This document shows positions 10,119 to 20,864 of a DNA stretch of 64,000 nucleotides, piece by piece. Numbering within the stretch: the first letter of the stretch is position 1; each line of letters starts with the position of its first letter. Position numbers and translations under genes: made by a program. The notes under the pieces are model-generated. The model made no database searches. It saw only the letters and a program-made list of their open reading frames with translations, and was not told the DNA's origin. Origin of the DNA: Vicinamibacterales bacterium (GTDB lineage: Bacteria > Acidobacteriota > Vicinamibacteria > Vicinamibacterales > UBA2999); contig JBIKUN010000002.1 of NCBI GenBank assembly GCA_044347565.1, positions 13,118-77,117 of the forward strand, written 5' to 3'.

Positions 10119-10165
10119 GACAGACGCGGTGACAACTCGTGACCGTGACAGACCCGTCTACAATT
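10119..10165. repeat. GTGACAGACCC-type repeat, closely similar to the 29423-29460 arm
   Basis: acaactcgtgaccgtgacagacccgtctacaatt here versus the reverse complement acaagtcgtgaccgtgacagaccccgttacaatt at about 29423-29456. Confidence 0.75.
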
Positions 10166-10172
10166 GGGCGCT

Positions 10173-10613
10173 GTGACCCTTGCGATCTCGCCCGCCACGT
10201 GGCGCCTGCCGCTCTTCCGGCGGACGACACCCGCAAGCAGAGATGCCGGCGAGCGTCTCGGCGTCATCGTGAAGGACGTGGAGTCGCCGCAGGGGCCGGC
10301 CGTGCTCACCGTGCGCCGCACGGCGAAAGACGATGTCCAGGACCGGCAGGTCTACCTCAGCCTCGACGGCGAGGAGTGGGGCACGATCGTCTACGGCACG
10401 GAGATTTCGCGCGAGATTGCACCCGGCCGCCATACCCTCAAAGCCAACAACACGCTCGTCCGCAAGTCGGTGGTCTTCGACGTCAGACCCGGCGAGCACG
10501 TACGCTACCAGTGCATCAACAAGGCGCACTGGACGGCCATGATGTTCATGGCGTTCCTGGGCGCGGCGTTTCTCACCGTACGGCTCGAGCGTCTGCCGGC
10601 CGACCGCTCGTGA
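10173..10613 (+). CDS. Hypothetical protein with a small beta-rich domain and a C-terminal TM helix
   Basis: GC3-rich codons from about 10269; VYLSLDG...IAPGRHTLKANNT. The start (10173 or 10269) is uncertain. Confidence 0.6.
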   Translation: MTLAISPATWRLPLFRRTTPASRDAGERLGVIVKDVESPQGPAVLTVRRTAKDDVQDRQVYLSLDGEEWGTIVYGTEISREIAPGRHTLKANNTLVRKSVVFDVRPGEHVRYQCINKAHWTAMMFMAFLGAAFLTVRLERLPADRS

Positions 10614-10734
10614 TACGTACTGACGAGAAGCGTAACGCGGGTGTGCCGAAACGAGGCACGATGACCGGGCTCGACGCGCCAGCTGCACGCGGAACAGCCA
10701 GCCGCACAGTCACTTAGGCGGAGGCTCCCGCAGC

Positions 10735-10750
10735 TGGCCCGGTCCTTGCT
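10735..10750 (+). promoter_or_regulatory. Sigma54 (-24/-12) promoter upstream of the pilin cluster
   Basis: TGGCCC-GGTCC-TTGCT has exact GG-N10-GC spacing. The predicted +1 is about 10761, next to the ATG at 10762. Confidence 0.65.
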
Positions 10751-10761
10751 CTACGACCGGT

Positions 10762-11331
10762 ATGCATGCCTTTCACCGTGCCGAACGCGGCTTCTCGCTC
10801 ATCGAGATGCTCGTGATCGTCGGCATCATCGGGGTGCTCGCGGCAGTCGCCATCCCGGTCACGACCGGCCAGATCCACCGCGCCCGGGCCGACAGCGGCT
10901 CCGAAGTCGCCATCCGGGCCATCGCCAACGCCCGCGCCCGGGCCATCGCGGAGCGCCGCAACGTCGAACTCACGCTCTCGCTGCCCAATCGCGTGCAGCT
11001 GACCAGGCAGGACGTCAACGCCTCTGGCGTGACGACCGGCACGACCATCGTCGGCGACTGGAACCTCGAGGGTGGTCAGGAGTTCCTGCGCTTCGCAGGA
11101 CAAGGCGACACACCGGACCTCTTCGGTGGCTCCGGGGTAATCAACTACGGCGGCATACCGCCGGTGATGTTCACGAGCGATGGCAGCCTGGTTGATTCAG
11201 CCGGCGACGTCGTCAACGCCACGGTATTCCTCGGAGTCGAACATCAGCCATCCACGGCGCGCGCCGTGACCATCCTCGGCGTGTCGGGGCTGATGCGGAC
11301 CTACAAGTGGAGCGGGACGCAATGGCAATGA
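10762..11331 (+). CDS. Prepilin-type protein (FimT/FimU/GspH-like minor pilin)
   Basis: ERG|FSLIEMLVIVGIIGVLAAVAIP class III signal; ARARAIAERR. Confidence 0.85.
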   Translation: MHAFHRAERGFSLIEMLVIVGIIGVLAAVAIPVTTGQIHRARADSGSEVAIRAIANARARAIAERRNVELTLSLPNRVQLTRQDVNASGVTTGTTIVGDWNLEGGQEFLRFAGQGDTPDLFGGSGVINYGGIPPVMFTSDGSLVDSAGDVVNATVFLGVEHQPSTARAVTILGVSGLMRTYKWSGTQWQ

Positions 11332-11897
11332 TGACGCCACGTCGACGCGACGTCGCCGGCACCGCCGCCGGCTTCTCGCTCATCGAGCTCATGGTGTCGA
11401 TGGGCATCCTCACCGTGGGCGTGCTCTCGCTTGCCGGAGCCCTGACCGCCGGTGTGCGTGCCATCTCCGGCTCGTCGGCGCGCCTCATCGCGCGCGAGAA
11501 GGCGCGCGAGGCCATCGAGAGCGTCCATGCCGCCCGCGATACCGGCCAGCTCTCGTGGAACAACATCCGCAACGTGCCCGATGGCGGCATCTTCCTCTCG
11601 GGTCCGCAGCCGCTCCGTCAGGCGGGCGCCGATGGCATCGTCAACACGGCCGACGACACGTCCGCGCAGTACGAGACACAGCGCTCGCCGGGCGCCGACG
11701 GCATCCTCGGCAACGGCGACGACGTGATCGCCTCGCTGGGCGACTCGTTCACACGCGAGATCACGATCGAGTCGCTGCCGGGTTCCGGCGGCCAGCCGAA
11801 TCCCAGCCTGCGACAGATCACCGTGAGCATTCATTACCTGGTGGAAGGCACGTGGCGGAACTATCAGATCCGCACCTACATCTCGTCGTTCTCCTAG
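11328..11897 (+). CDS. Prepilin-type protein (PilV-like)
   Basis: AAG|FSLIELMVSMGIL; ATGA overlap with the previous gene. Confidence 0.85.
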   Translation: MMTPRRRDVAGTAAGFSLIELMVSMGILTVGVLSLAGALTAGVRAISGSSARLIAREKAREAIESVHAARDTGQLSWNNIRNVPDGGIFLSGPQPLRQAGADGIVNTADDTSAQYETQRSPGADGILGNGDDVIASLGDSFTREITIESLPGSGGQPNPSLRQITVSIHYLVEGTWRNYQIRTYISSFS

Positions 11898-11905
11898 GAT
11901 CCGAC

Positions 11906-13006
11906 ATGACTCGCTCACACGACACCGCGCGCGGCTCCGATGCCGGCTACACCCTCATCGAGCTGCTGATCTCGATGGGCATCTTCGGCGTGGTGATGGC
12001 CGCCACGATGGGCGGCCTCGTCAGCGCCACCAGGGCGAACGAGGCGGTGCTGAACGTGTCGACGATGAACACGTCGGTCCGTGCCGGCATGGACCTGATG
12101 ATCCGCGACATGCTGCAGGTCGGTTCGGGCCTGCCGCCCGGGCACGTGATCGAGATTCCCAACGGCACCGGCTCGTCGCCGATCCGGCAGCCGGGCCCTC
12201 CGGGCACGACCTGGACGCGGCCGGCCGGTAGCGTCAACCTCCCGGCTGTGCTGCCGACGCCGGGCGGCGGACCGACGGTCAACGGTGTTCCCACGGACGT
12301 GCTCAGCGTGATGATGGCCGACAACTCGTTCGTGGACATCTCGCTGACCGCCATCACCGGCACGACGGTGACAATCGCGGCCGGGCCGACGCTCGACAGC
12401 GGCCCCGACAGGGTGTCGGCCGGTCAGTTGATGATGGTCACGAAGGGTTCGACGACGACGCTCGTGCAGGTCACATCGGTCGATCTCGCCGCCCGCAAGC
12501 TCACGTTCGCCGCCGGCGACTCGCTCAACCTCAACCAGCCGTCGGCCGCCAACGGCACCCTGAACGATCTGAACAACACGCCGCCGGCCAATACGCCGGC
12601 GCTCACGCGCATCTCGCGCGTCCGGATGGTCACCTACTACCTCGATGCGACCACCGATCCCACGCACCCGCGGCTGGTGCGCCGCATCAACAACGGCGAC
12701 CCGATGACGTTCGACAACGCCTCGGGCAACGCGGTGGCGATCGACGTCGAGAACCTGCAGTTCAGCTTCGATGTCGTGACCGGCACCACGAACCCCTCGG
12801 GCGTGCGCATGACCGACGCCGACAAGACCTCGGCGGGGGCGTGCAGTCCCAACCCATGTTCCGAGCAGCAGATCCGCAAGGTCAACCTCGCCCTGACCGG
12901 ACGCTCGCGCAGCGTCGGCGCGACTGACCGCGTGTTCCGCAACACGCTCTCGTCGCAGGTCAGCTTTCGCGGCATGGCCTTCCTCGATGAATACAAGGCG
13001 CCGTAG
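11906..13006 (+). CDS. Prepilin-type protein (PilW-like)
   Basis: DAG|YTLIELLISMGIF; IRDMLQVGSG; VENLQFSF. Confidence 0.85.
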   Translation: MTRSHDTARGSDAGYTLIELLISMGIFGVVMAATMGGLVSATRANEAVLNVSTMNTSVRAGMDLMIRDMLQVGSGLPPGHVIEIPNGTGSSPIRQPGPPGTTWTRPAGSVNLPAVLPTPGGGPTVNGVPTDVLSVMMADNSFVDISLTAITGTTVTIAAGPTLDSGPDRVSAGQLMMVTKGSTTTLVQVTSVDLAARKLTFAAGDSLNLNQPSAANGTLNDLNNTPPANTPALTRISRVRMVTYYLDATTDPTHPRLVRRINNGDPMTFDNASGNAVAIDVENLQFSFDVVTGTTNPSGVRMTDADKTSAGACSPNPCSEQQIRKVNLALTGRSRSVGATDRVFRNTLSSQVSFRGMAFLDEYKAP

Positions 13007-13048
13007 GCGCCGCAGACCAGGCCCTTCACAGTTGACGGACACGACATC

Positions 13049-16000
13049 ATGACTCGCATGGCGAAATGGAACAGGGAAGAGGGCGTCGCGCTGGTCGCGA
13101 CGCTGCTGGTGCTGATGCTCGTCAGCGCCCTGATGGCCGGCGCGTTCGCCGCCATCCAGTCGGACCTGCGCGACAGCGCCACCGACCGCGACCAGACACA
13201 GGCCTACGCCGCGGCGCACGCCGGACTCGAGCAGCTCACCTCGAGTCTGGCGCAGATCTTCATGACGGACGTCAGCCCCTCGGTGTCGCAGATCACCGCG
13301 GTGACCTCGACGCCGCCGTCCATCCCGGGCTTCACCTACTCGGCGCCCGGCAGCCCGGGCACCGCCGGCGATACCAGCGGCTTCACGATCGACTACGTCG
13401 ACACGGTGGCGCCGATCGGTCAGCCCGACGTGCTGTCGAACATGGCCATCACCTCGGGGCCGTTCACCGGGTTCATCGGTCTCATCACGCCGTACACCAT
13501 GACCGTGACGGCGCGGTCGTCGACCGGCAAGTCCGAGGTGCGGCTGCGCCGCAGCCTGCAGACGGTGGCCGTGCCGGTGTTCCAGTTCGGCATGTTTTCC
13601 GAGACCGACCTCTCAATCCTGGCCGGCGGCGGGTTCAGGTTCGGCGGCCGCGTGCACACCAACGGCAACCTGTTCGTGGCCGCGCAGACCAACGCCAGCC
13701 CCGCCATCAACGTCACGTTCAACGATCGCATCACCGCAGTGGGTGAGGTGATACGAAACTACCTGGCGAACGGCCTGCTGAACAGCACCACCGCGCCGAG
13801 CTTCAACAACGAGGTGCGGATTCCGACCTCGACGGCGACCACCGACGTGCTGCGGCACTCGCCGAACATGGGCAGCGTCACCGCCATGCCGGGCTCGGCC
13901 CCGAACCCCAACTGGTTCTCGATCTCCACCGGCACCTTCAACAGCTACGTGCGCACGGCCGCCACCGGCGCCACGCGCCTCGACCTCCCCCTGGTGTCGC
14001 AGGGCGCCCAGCCGATTGACCTGATCCGGCGGCCGCGATTGAACTCGGCCGAGAACGTCGCCAACGCGCGGGTCTTTGCGCAGCGCTTCTTCAGTCAGGC
14101 CAGTCTGCGCATCCTGCTCTCGGACCGCCAGTCGGACATCACCGACCTGCCGACGGTCACCGCCACGGCCCCCGTGAGGCTCGATGGCCCTGATGGAGCG
14201 GCCGGGAACTGGACCGTTGCCCCGCCGGCCGGCTATGGCCCGGTCGACGCGACGCATCCGCCCATCGCCCGCGCCATCGGGCCGGCGTTCACCACCACGC
14301 ATCCCACGCAGGTCAGCCTCTACACGGCGGTTGGCAGCTGGACCCAGATCTACGTGCCCGACGCGGCGACGGGGATCCCCGACGTCTACAAGCTGCCGGC
14401 GAATCTCAGCATCTTCTCGCCGGGAGGTGTCTTCCAGCAGTCCGTCTTCTGCGCAGGCAAGACGGGGCCGCAGGCGGTGGCCGCCGACGGAACCGGCGCG
14501 GCCATCGCGGCCAACGTCTTCCACCAGTGCAGCGCGGGCACGCCGGCCGCCCCGGTGGCCCTCGCCGCGATTCCGGTCGGCTCCACCGTGCAGGCCACGA
14601 TCGACGGGCGCCTCGTGACTGCGACCATCGGCACCGCAGTGGTGGCGGGCACCAACAGGGACTTGCCGGTGGGGGCCGGCCAGACCGCCCCGTTCTCGCC
14701 CGGACTGCTGTGGATCAACAACCCCAATGCGGCGGTGGCCAACACAGCCACACCCGTGTCGTGCCAGGGCTACTCCGACACCGCGATTACCAAGGGGGGA
14801 GCCACGCTCCGCCGTTTCCTCAACTGCCGCGGGCTCACGGCGGCGCCGGCGATCAACATCGGCATCACCACGTCGTCGCTCCAGGCGCGTGACACCGGCA
14901 CCATCGGCGGCTTCATCAAGATCGAGAAGCAGGACGGCGGTGGCACCTGGACCGACGTCACGATGGAGATCCTGAACCTCGGCATCGGCGCGCCCAACTC
15001 GGGCGGTGCCATCTGTGCCGACCCGACGCCGAACGCAGTGCTGCGCATCCAGCGGCTGCGCGACAACCGCGGCGCCTGCGACTACGCGCAGAGCCAGAAC
15101 TCGTACGACTGGTGGCCACAGGGCCTCTTCGACGCGCGGGAGGGCAGCGTCCGCGACGCGGGCACCGGTTTCCACGACCAGACGTCGCCGATGATGATGT
15201 CGGGCGTGATGCAGTACGTCGCGCTCGATGTCGGCAACCTCAAGCGCTGGCTCTCGGGCGCGATCGGCGCGACCGGCAACACGGCCCGCAACGACAACGG
15301 CGACGGCTTCATCGTCTACTTCTCCGATCGCCGTGGCAATCACGATCCGGGCAACGCCGACGAGGAAACAGGCGAGTACGGCTACGAGGACTTCGTGAAC
15401 TCGACGACCGGCAACGGCGCCCCCGACAGCACGCTGCAGGCCGGTGAAGACGTCAACGCCGGCGATCCACGCTGGCCGGCGAACTCACAGCAGCGCTACG
15501 GCGCCAACGTGTGGAACGACCCGAGCTTCATGCCCACCGGCCCGGTACCGGCCGTGGCCAACAGCCTGTATACGGTGGCTAACGCCCATCCGTGGACGGT
15601 GATTCCCATCGGCAACACCGCGCTGCTGCCCGGCGCCGGTCAGGCCCTGGTCAACAAGCAGCTGCTGTTCCGTCGCGCGCTCAAGGTCGTCAATGGCGGC
15701 ATCACCGGCGGCGTCAACAGCCTGCCCGATGCCGGTCTGACCATCGCGACCGAGAACCCCGTCTACGTGCACGGCAACTACAACGCGAACGAGACGGCAC
15801 CCAACGACACCTGGGGCAACATGGAGCCCAACCGTCCGGCCGCCATCATCGCCGACGCCATCTCGCTGCTGTCGCGCAACTGGTCGGACGCGCTGTCGTT
15901 CGAAGCGCCGAACGCCATGTGGTCGCGCGCGGCGGCGACGACCAGCTACCGCTTTGCGGCGATTGCCGGCAAGGGCCTGTCGTTCCCCTATTGCGGCACG

Positions 16001-16321
16001 GCCTGCGGCAACCCCGGCCATCTGTTTGGCACCGACGGCGGCGCCGCCAATTTCTTCCGCCTGCTCGAGAACTGGAGCGCCCCCGGCGCGGCGCCGGAAG
16101 GCATCCGCTACCGCGGCTCGATCATCTCGCTGCACGTGAATCGCCAGGCGGTCGGCGCCTTCAAGTTCGCGGCAGCGAACAACCACATCTACAACGGTGG
16201 TCCTCGCAATTTCACGTATGACGTGGACTTCCTGATTCCGGACGAATTGCCGCCCGGGACGCCGATGTTCCGCGATATCAACACGCTGCAGTTCAGGCAG
16301 ATTCTCCGGCCCAACCAGTAG
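13049..16321 (+). CDS. Very large PilX-like minor pilin (1090 aa)
   Basis: EEG|VALVATLLVLMLVS lacks Glu5, as in PilX/GspK; QAYAAAHAGLE; GRVHTNGNL; long C-terminal domain. Confidence 0.8.
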   Translation: MTRMAKWNREEGVALVATLLVLMLVSALMAGAFAAIQSDLRDSATDRDQTQAYAAAHAGLEQLTSSLAQIFMTDVSPSVSQITAVTSTPPSIPGFTYSAPGSPGTAGDTSGFTIDYVDTVAPIGQPDVLSNMAITSGPFTGFIGLITPYTMTVTARSSTGKSEVRLRRSLQTVAVPVFQFGMFSETDLSILAGGGFRFGGRVHTNGNLFVAAQTNASPAINVTFNDRITAVGEVIRNYLANGLLNSTTAPSFNNEVRIPTSTATTDVLRHSPNMGSVTAMPGSAPNPNWFSISTGTFNSYVRTAATGATRLDLPLVSQGAQPIDLIRRPRLNSAENVANARVFAQRFFSQASLRILLSDRQSDITDLPTVTATAPVRLDGPDGAAGNWTVAPPAGYGPVDATHPPIARAIGPAFTTTHPTQVSLYTAVGSWTQIYVPDAATGIPDVYKLPANLSIFSPGGVFQQSVFCAGKTGPQAVAADGTGAAIAANVFHQCSAGTPAAPVALAAIPVGSTVQATIDGRLVTATIGTAVVAGTNRDLPVGAGQTAPFSPGLLWINNPNAAVANTATPVSCQGYSDTAITKGGATLRRFLNCRGLTAAPAINIGITTSSLQARDTGTIGGFIKIEKQDGGGTWTDVTMEILNLGIGAPNSGGAICADPTPNAVLRIQRLRDNRGACDYAQSQNSYDWWPQGLFDAREGSVRDAGTGFHDQTSPMMMSGVMQYVALDVGNLKRWLSGAIGATGNTARNDNGDGFIVYFSDRRGNHDPGNADEETGEYGYEDFVNSTTGNGAPDSTLQAGEDVNAGDPRWPANSQQRYGANVWNDPSFMPTGPVPAVANSLYTVANAHPWTVIPIGNTALLPGAGQALVNKQLLFRRALKVVNGGITGGVNSLPDAGLTIATENPVYVHGNYNANETAPNDTWGNMEPNRPAAIIADAISLLSRNWSDALSFEAPNAMWSRAAATTSYRFAAIAGKGLSFPYCGTACGNPGHLFGTDGGAANFFRLLENWSAPGAAPEGIRYRGSIISLHVNRQAVGAFKFAAANNHIYNGGPRNFTYDVDFLIPDELPPGTPMFRDINTLQFRQILRPNQ

Positions 16322-16427
16322 ACCCGGCACCGCTGCCATCAGCCCGCCTCGCGACAGCGGACGGAACGCGGGCCGGCGGTCGGCTGCGGGCCTTCCGCCC
16401 GTGCTCCGTCCGGCGACGGCCCCGCAG

Positions 16428-18632
16428 TCAGGCCCAGCGGTAGCCGTGCGCGCTGAGCGGCAGCGAGCGGACGCGGTGGCCGGTGAGGCTGAAGATGGCG
16501 TTGCAGACGGCCGGCAGAATCGGCGGCAGCGCCGGCTCGCCGAGGCCGGTGGGCGCGTGATCGCTCCGCACGAAGTGCACGTCCACCACCGGCGGCGCCT
16601 GACGCATGCGCAGCAACTGGTAGTTCGTGAAGTTCGACTGCACCGTGCGCCCCTTCTCGATGGTGATGGCCTGCGTCATCAGCTGGCTCAGGCCGTCGAT
16701 GACGCAGCCCTGCGCCTGGTTCTCGGCGCTGCTCGGGTTGATGATCTGGCGGCCGATGTCGCCGACCACCCATACCGTGTGCACCCGCACGGCCTTGTCG
16801 GCGCCGACGCTCACTTCGGCGACGTGCGCGAAGTAGCCGCGGTGGCTGTAGTAGAAGGCCACGCCCTGCGCCGTGCCTTTCGGCAGCGTCTTCGTGCCCC
16901 AGCCGGCGCGCGCGGCCACGGTCTCGAGCACCCGTGCCATGCGCGGGCCGTCGAAGCCGTCGTTCATGACGCCGGCCGGCAGGCTGCGCGGCACGCGCAG
17001 CAGGTCGAGGCGGAACTGCACCGGGTCCGTGCCCGCGGCGTGCGCCAGTTCGTCGAGGAACGACTGATAAACGAACGCCACGGCGTTGCTGCGCGGCGCC
17101 CGCATGGCGCCGGTGGGCACGCCGCACGGCTGCGTCGAGGCGCCGAGGTGCCATGTGGGCACGAAGCCGGCCGGGAACTCCGTGCCCGGCATGTTGGCCG
17201 ACTGGATGAACGTCTGACCTTCGCCGTAACTCACGAAGTGGCCGCTCCACGCGGCGAGGCGTCCGCTCGCGTCGAGTCCGCCCGTGAGCTTGTGGAAGCC
17301 GCCGGGGCGATAGAAGTCGTGGCGCATGTCGTCTTCGCGCGTCCACTGGAGCTTCACCGGCACGCCGATGCTCTTCGAGATCCACGCCGCTTCCACCGCG
17401 AAGTCGTTGGTGAGGCGGCGGCCGAAGCCGCCACCGGCGCGCAGCAGGTGTGTCGTGACCTTCTCGGGTGCGATGCCGAGCGTCTGCGCCACGGCCTGAC
17501 GTCCACGTTCCGGCGTCTGGCTCGGCGACCACAGCTCCACCGCGCCGTCCTTGAAGGAGGCGAGGCAGTTCTGCGGTTCGAGGGGCGCGTGTGAGATGAA
17601 GGGGTAGGCGTAGGTCGCCTCCACCTTCTTCGCCGCGCCGGCGAGGGCGGCATCGCTGTCGCCCAGGCGGCTCAGCGTGAAGGCGGGGCCCTTCGCGAAG
17701 AACTCGTCGGCCTTTGCCGCAAACCCCGCCGAGCTCTGCGTCGCCGTCAGACCTTCGTTCCACGTCACCACGAGCGTCTCGCGCGCGGTCTTCGCCTGCC
17801 ACCACGTATCGGCCACGATGGCGACACCGCCGGCGAGCGCCGTGAGATCGCCGCGCGGCTCCACGGTGAAGGCGTGCCGCACGCCGGGCATGGCCTTCAC
17901 CACGTCGAGATTCGCCGAGGCGACCGTGCCGCCGTGCACCGGGCACTTCTCGAACACCGCCCAGAGCATCCCGGGCAGCGTGAAGTCGATGCTGAAGATG
18001 GGCTTGCCGACCACGATGTCGGGCACACCCACGGCTTTGATCGGCTGCCCGATGATCTTGTAGTCCTTCGGGTCCTTGAGCGTGACCGTGTTCGGATCGG
18101 GCACGGGCAGCGTGGCGGCTTTCGCGGCGAGCTCGCCGTAGCCGAGTGAGCGGTTCGAGGCCCGGTGGTGCACGCGGCCCGACGCGGTCGTGCATGCGCT
18201 CGCGGCGACGTTCCACGTCTGCGCCGCCGCCTGCACCATGAGGTGCCGCGCGACGGCGCCGGCCTTGCGCAGCGGATCCCAGTTGGTGGGCGTGGCGGTG
18301 CTGCCGCCGGCGTTCTGGCGGCCGTAGACCGCTTCGTTCAGGTCCGCCTGTTCGAGGCGGATGGCCGTCCAGTCCACGTCGAACTCGTCGGCGAGGATCA
18401 TCGGCAGCATCGTCTTGATGCCCTGACCCACTTCGGGATTCTTCGCCACGATCGTGACGAGGCCGTCGGCCGTGACCGTGATGAACGCGTTCGGCATGAA
18501 CTCGCCGGCGGCCTCGAGCGCTGGCGCGAGCGGCCCGGCGAGCGGTTCGAGGCAGGTGGCGAGCAGCAGGCCGCCACCGGCGAGCGACGAGACACGGAGG
18601 AACGAACGGCGGTCGAGTGTGGGCGGCGCCAT
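16428..18632 (-). CDS. Xanthine dehydrogenase family molybdopterin subunit (isoquinoline 1-oxidoreductase beta-like), Tat-exported
   Basis: DRRSFL Tat motif; [35 protein letters not shown]. Confidence 0.9.
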   Translation of the reverse strand: MAPPTLDRRSFLRVSSLAGGGLLLATCLEPLAGPLAPALEAAGEFMPNAFITVTADGLVTIVAKNPEVGQGIKTMLPMILADEFDVDWTAIRLEQADLNEAVYGRQNAGGSTATPTNWDPLRKAGAVARHLMVQAAAQTWNVAASACTTASGRVHHRASNRSLGYGELAAKAATLPVPDPNTVTLKDPKDYKIIGQPIKAVGVPDIVVGKPIFSIDFTLPGMLWAVFEKCPVHGGTVASANLDVVKAMPGVRHAFTVEPRGDLTALAGGVAIVADTWWQAKTARETLVVTWNEGLTATQSSAGFAAKADEFFAKGPAFTLSRLGDSDAALAGAAKKVEATYAYPFISHAPLEPQNCLASFKDGAVELWSPSQTPERGRQAVAQTLGIAPEKVTTHLLRAGGGFGRRLTNDFAVEAAWISKSIGVPVKLQWTREDDMRHDFYRPGGFHKLTGGLDASGRLAAWSGHFVSYGEGQTFIQSANMPGTEFPAGFVPTWHLGASTQPCGVPTGAMRAPRSNAVAFVYQSFLDELAHAAGTDPVQFRLDLLRVPRSLPAGVMNDGFDGPRMARVLETVAARAGWGTKTLPKGTAQGVAFYYSHRGYFAHVAEVSVGADKAVRVHTVWVVGDIGRQIINPSSAENQAQGCVIDGLSQLMTQAITIEKGRTVQSNFTNYQLLRMRQAPPVVDVHFVRSDHAPTGLGEPALPPILPAVCNAIFSLTGHRVRSLPLSAHGYRWA

Positions 18633-18635
18633 CGC

Positions 18636-19130
18636 TTACTCCTGGTCCTGCGCCCGGGGCGCGGCGGTGGCCGTGGCGGTCATGGCCGCGGCCTTGTGGA
18701 TGGCCTGACGGATGCGGATGTAGGTGGCGCAGCGGCAGAGGTTGCCGTTCATCGCCTGGTCGATGTCCGCATCCGTGGGGGCGGGCTTCTGCGCGAGCAG
18801 CGCCGCCGCCGACATGATCTGCCCGGCCTGACAGTAGCCGCACTGCGGCACGTCCACATCCACCCACGCGCGTTGCAGCGGGTGCGAGCCATCGGGCGAG
18901 AGCCCTTCGATGGTCTTCACCTGCGCGCCGGCGAGTGACGAGGCGCGCGTCTGGCAGGCGCGCACCGCGCGGCCGTTAAGGTGCACCGTGCAGGCGCCGC
19001 AGGCACCCACGCCGCAGCCGTACTTCGTGCCGCGCAGCGCGAGCACGTCGCGCAGCACCCAGAGCAGGGGCATCTCGGAAGGCACGTCGACCGTGCGGGA
19101 CGTGCCGTTCACCGTGAACGTGATGGCCAT
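18636..19130 (-). CDS. (2Fe-2S)-binding subunit (IorA-like)
   Basis: [27 protein letters not shown]. Confidence 0.92.
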   Translation of the reverse strand: MAITFTVNGTSRTVDVPSEMPLLWVLRDVLALRGTKYGCGVGACGACTVHLNGRAVRACQTRASSLAGAQVKTIEGLSPDGSHPLQRAWVDVDVPQCGYCQAGQIMSAAALLAQKPAPTDADIDQAMNGNLCRCATYIRIRQAIHKAAAMTATATAAPRAQDQE

Positions 19131-19264
19131 GACCATCGATTTGACCGGAAGTGCCGCCCGGCGTGCAAGCGGGCCATCACGATTATCCGCTCCGCAGTGA
19201 CACAAACCCCGCCGCGCCCTCGTCTCTCCCCCAGTCCCGCCCTGCCGGCGGGCAGGGGAGGGCG

Positions 19265-19620
19265 CGTGCGGCCCGACAGTCCCGGGAACCTCAGGACGTC
19301 GCTGCCGGCCCTCGGCATCGCGTTCGATGCCACCGTGTTCGGCGTGTTCGACGCGCTGATGTTCGCCGGGCGTCCGTGTGCCGCGCCCGACGAGATCGTG
19401 CAGGTGTCTTCCCGCCACACGCAGGAGGTGGACTCGTAGCGGGCGTTCTTTCACGGCGCCTTCGAGGTGCTGGCTGCGCGGCGCGACGTCTTCGCCGGCG
19501 TGACCGCGCACACGCTCGACACGGTGGGCGTGCGCGAGACGCCGCAGGGGGATGCCCGGCGCACGTGCGCGGGCTTCGTGGCCACGAGTGTCTTCGACAT
19601 GCTCGGCGTGGGGTCGCTAG
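19265..19620 (+). pseudogene. Decayed N-terminal fragment of an ADOP/MacB-like ABC permease
   Basis: ...SPG...[20 protein letters not shown]...PDEIVQV...[26 protein letters not shown]...[13 protein letters not shown] resembles the LALGIGANTAIFSVVNAVLL...VSANYFDVLGV pattern. In-frame TAG at 19437-19439, no start codon, no C-terminus. Confidence 0.6.
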
Positions 19621-20864
19621 GGACGCTGACCGGCCCGTGGCTGCCATGGCGCATACACCGTGGTGTCCGGGTGGTACTCGTGCCAGTCGAACCAGTAGTC
19701 CGAGAGGTGCGGCACGCGGGTCAGCTGCCGGCCGGCGAGTGGCCCCGTCATGGCGCGTCCCGTGAAGTCGAACTCCGAGCCGGTGTGTTCGTCGATGAAC
19801 CGCACCGGCGTCGCGTCCACCTTCCGGAGCAGGTCCACGGTCTGTCCGTCCACGCGGCGTGAGAACACCCGTACGGAGTGTTTGTCGTCGGCCTCGACGA
19901 CCGCGATGGGCGTGCCGGCGAGCTCATCCAGAATCACGCCCGACGCCGCCAGCGTCTCGCGCTTGTAGGCGCGGGCGGCGCCGTCCATCGCCACCCCGAT
20001 GACGAGCGTGCGCGGCGGCAGCGGGTCGTCTGCGCGCACCGGCGTGACGACACGCGCCTTCGCCGTGCGTTCTTCCCATGTGGCGTCGATCTGCGAGGCC
20101 TGCGCGTCGAGCCCGAGCACGCGCGTCGCCGGGTGTTCCTGGCGCCACAGCCCGAAGGTCACTTCATCGTGCAGCACCGGCGTGAGCGTGCGCCCGGTGA
20201 GCGGCCCCGAGATCGCGCGGCCCGTCACCTGCTGCCACCACGAGCCGGTCTCCAGATCCTCCATCAGGAAGTTCTGGTTGTTGATGCCGATGAGACGGAA
20301 CTGCAGCGTGCGTCCATCGAGTGTTCGCTCCCACACCAGACCGGTGTGACAGAGCGTTCAATACGTGGCGACGATCGGCACGTCGGCGAGCGCCGCGTTT
20401 ACCAGGTGGTGATACCCGAGGCGGGTGATGGGGAACGCGAGCGACGCGGCGGCGTTCGCCACGCCGAGCACCGGCGCCTCCGCGGGCACGTCGGTGGCCT
20501 CGGCCGCGGCGACGAAGCGCGGGTCGGGAAACGGCCGGAACATCCACTCGAAGTGGTTCTGCCGGGCGAACCACGCCGTGCCGGCCGTGAGCACCACGAG
20601 CAGCACGAGGCCCGGTCGGCGCAGGGCCGTGCGCCAGCCCGGCGCTGACGGGCGCGGCCAGAGCCAGGCGACGGCCGCGAGCGCGACGAGAGTCATGGCG
20701 AGGGTGACGCGCGGCGCCAGCTGCCGCAGCTGCCACGACCAGGCGACGGCGTCGGGCGTCTGCGGCGCGAACGGCTGGATGAGCCACACCGGCAGGCCCA
20801 CGACGGCTGCCGCGACGATGAGCGCGCCGCCGCCGACGATCCACGGCGTGGCCGGGCGCGTCAT
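19617..20864 (-). CDS. DUF3179-family selenoprotein candidate (membrane-anchored, UxxC motif); in-frame TGA at 20358-20360 read as Sec
   Basis: Two listed ORFs share one frame. The read-through gives VPIVATY-U-TLCHTGLVW, matching the DUF3179 YCxLC motif. A hairpin follows the TGA directly. ETGSWWQQVTG and WFDW...HPDT motifs are present. Confidence 0.8.
20326..20356 (-). promoter_or_regulatory. Candidate bacterial SECIS hairpin
   Basis: mRNA UGA-A-CGCUC-UG-U-CACACC-GGUCU-GGUGUG-G-GAGCG: a 5-bp lower stem, a 7-bp upper stem including one U.G pair, and an apical loop starting with G. Confidence 0.7.

Noticed and set aside
19437-19439. In-frame TAG as pyrrolysine or recoding
   Set aside because: The surrounding sequence is degenerate, truncated and lacks a start. 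Pseudogene decay is the simpler explanation.
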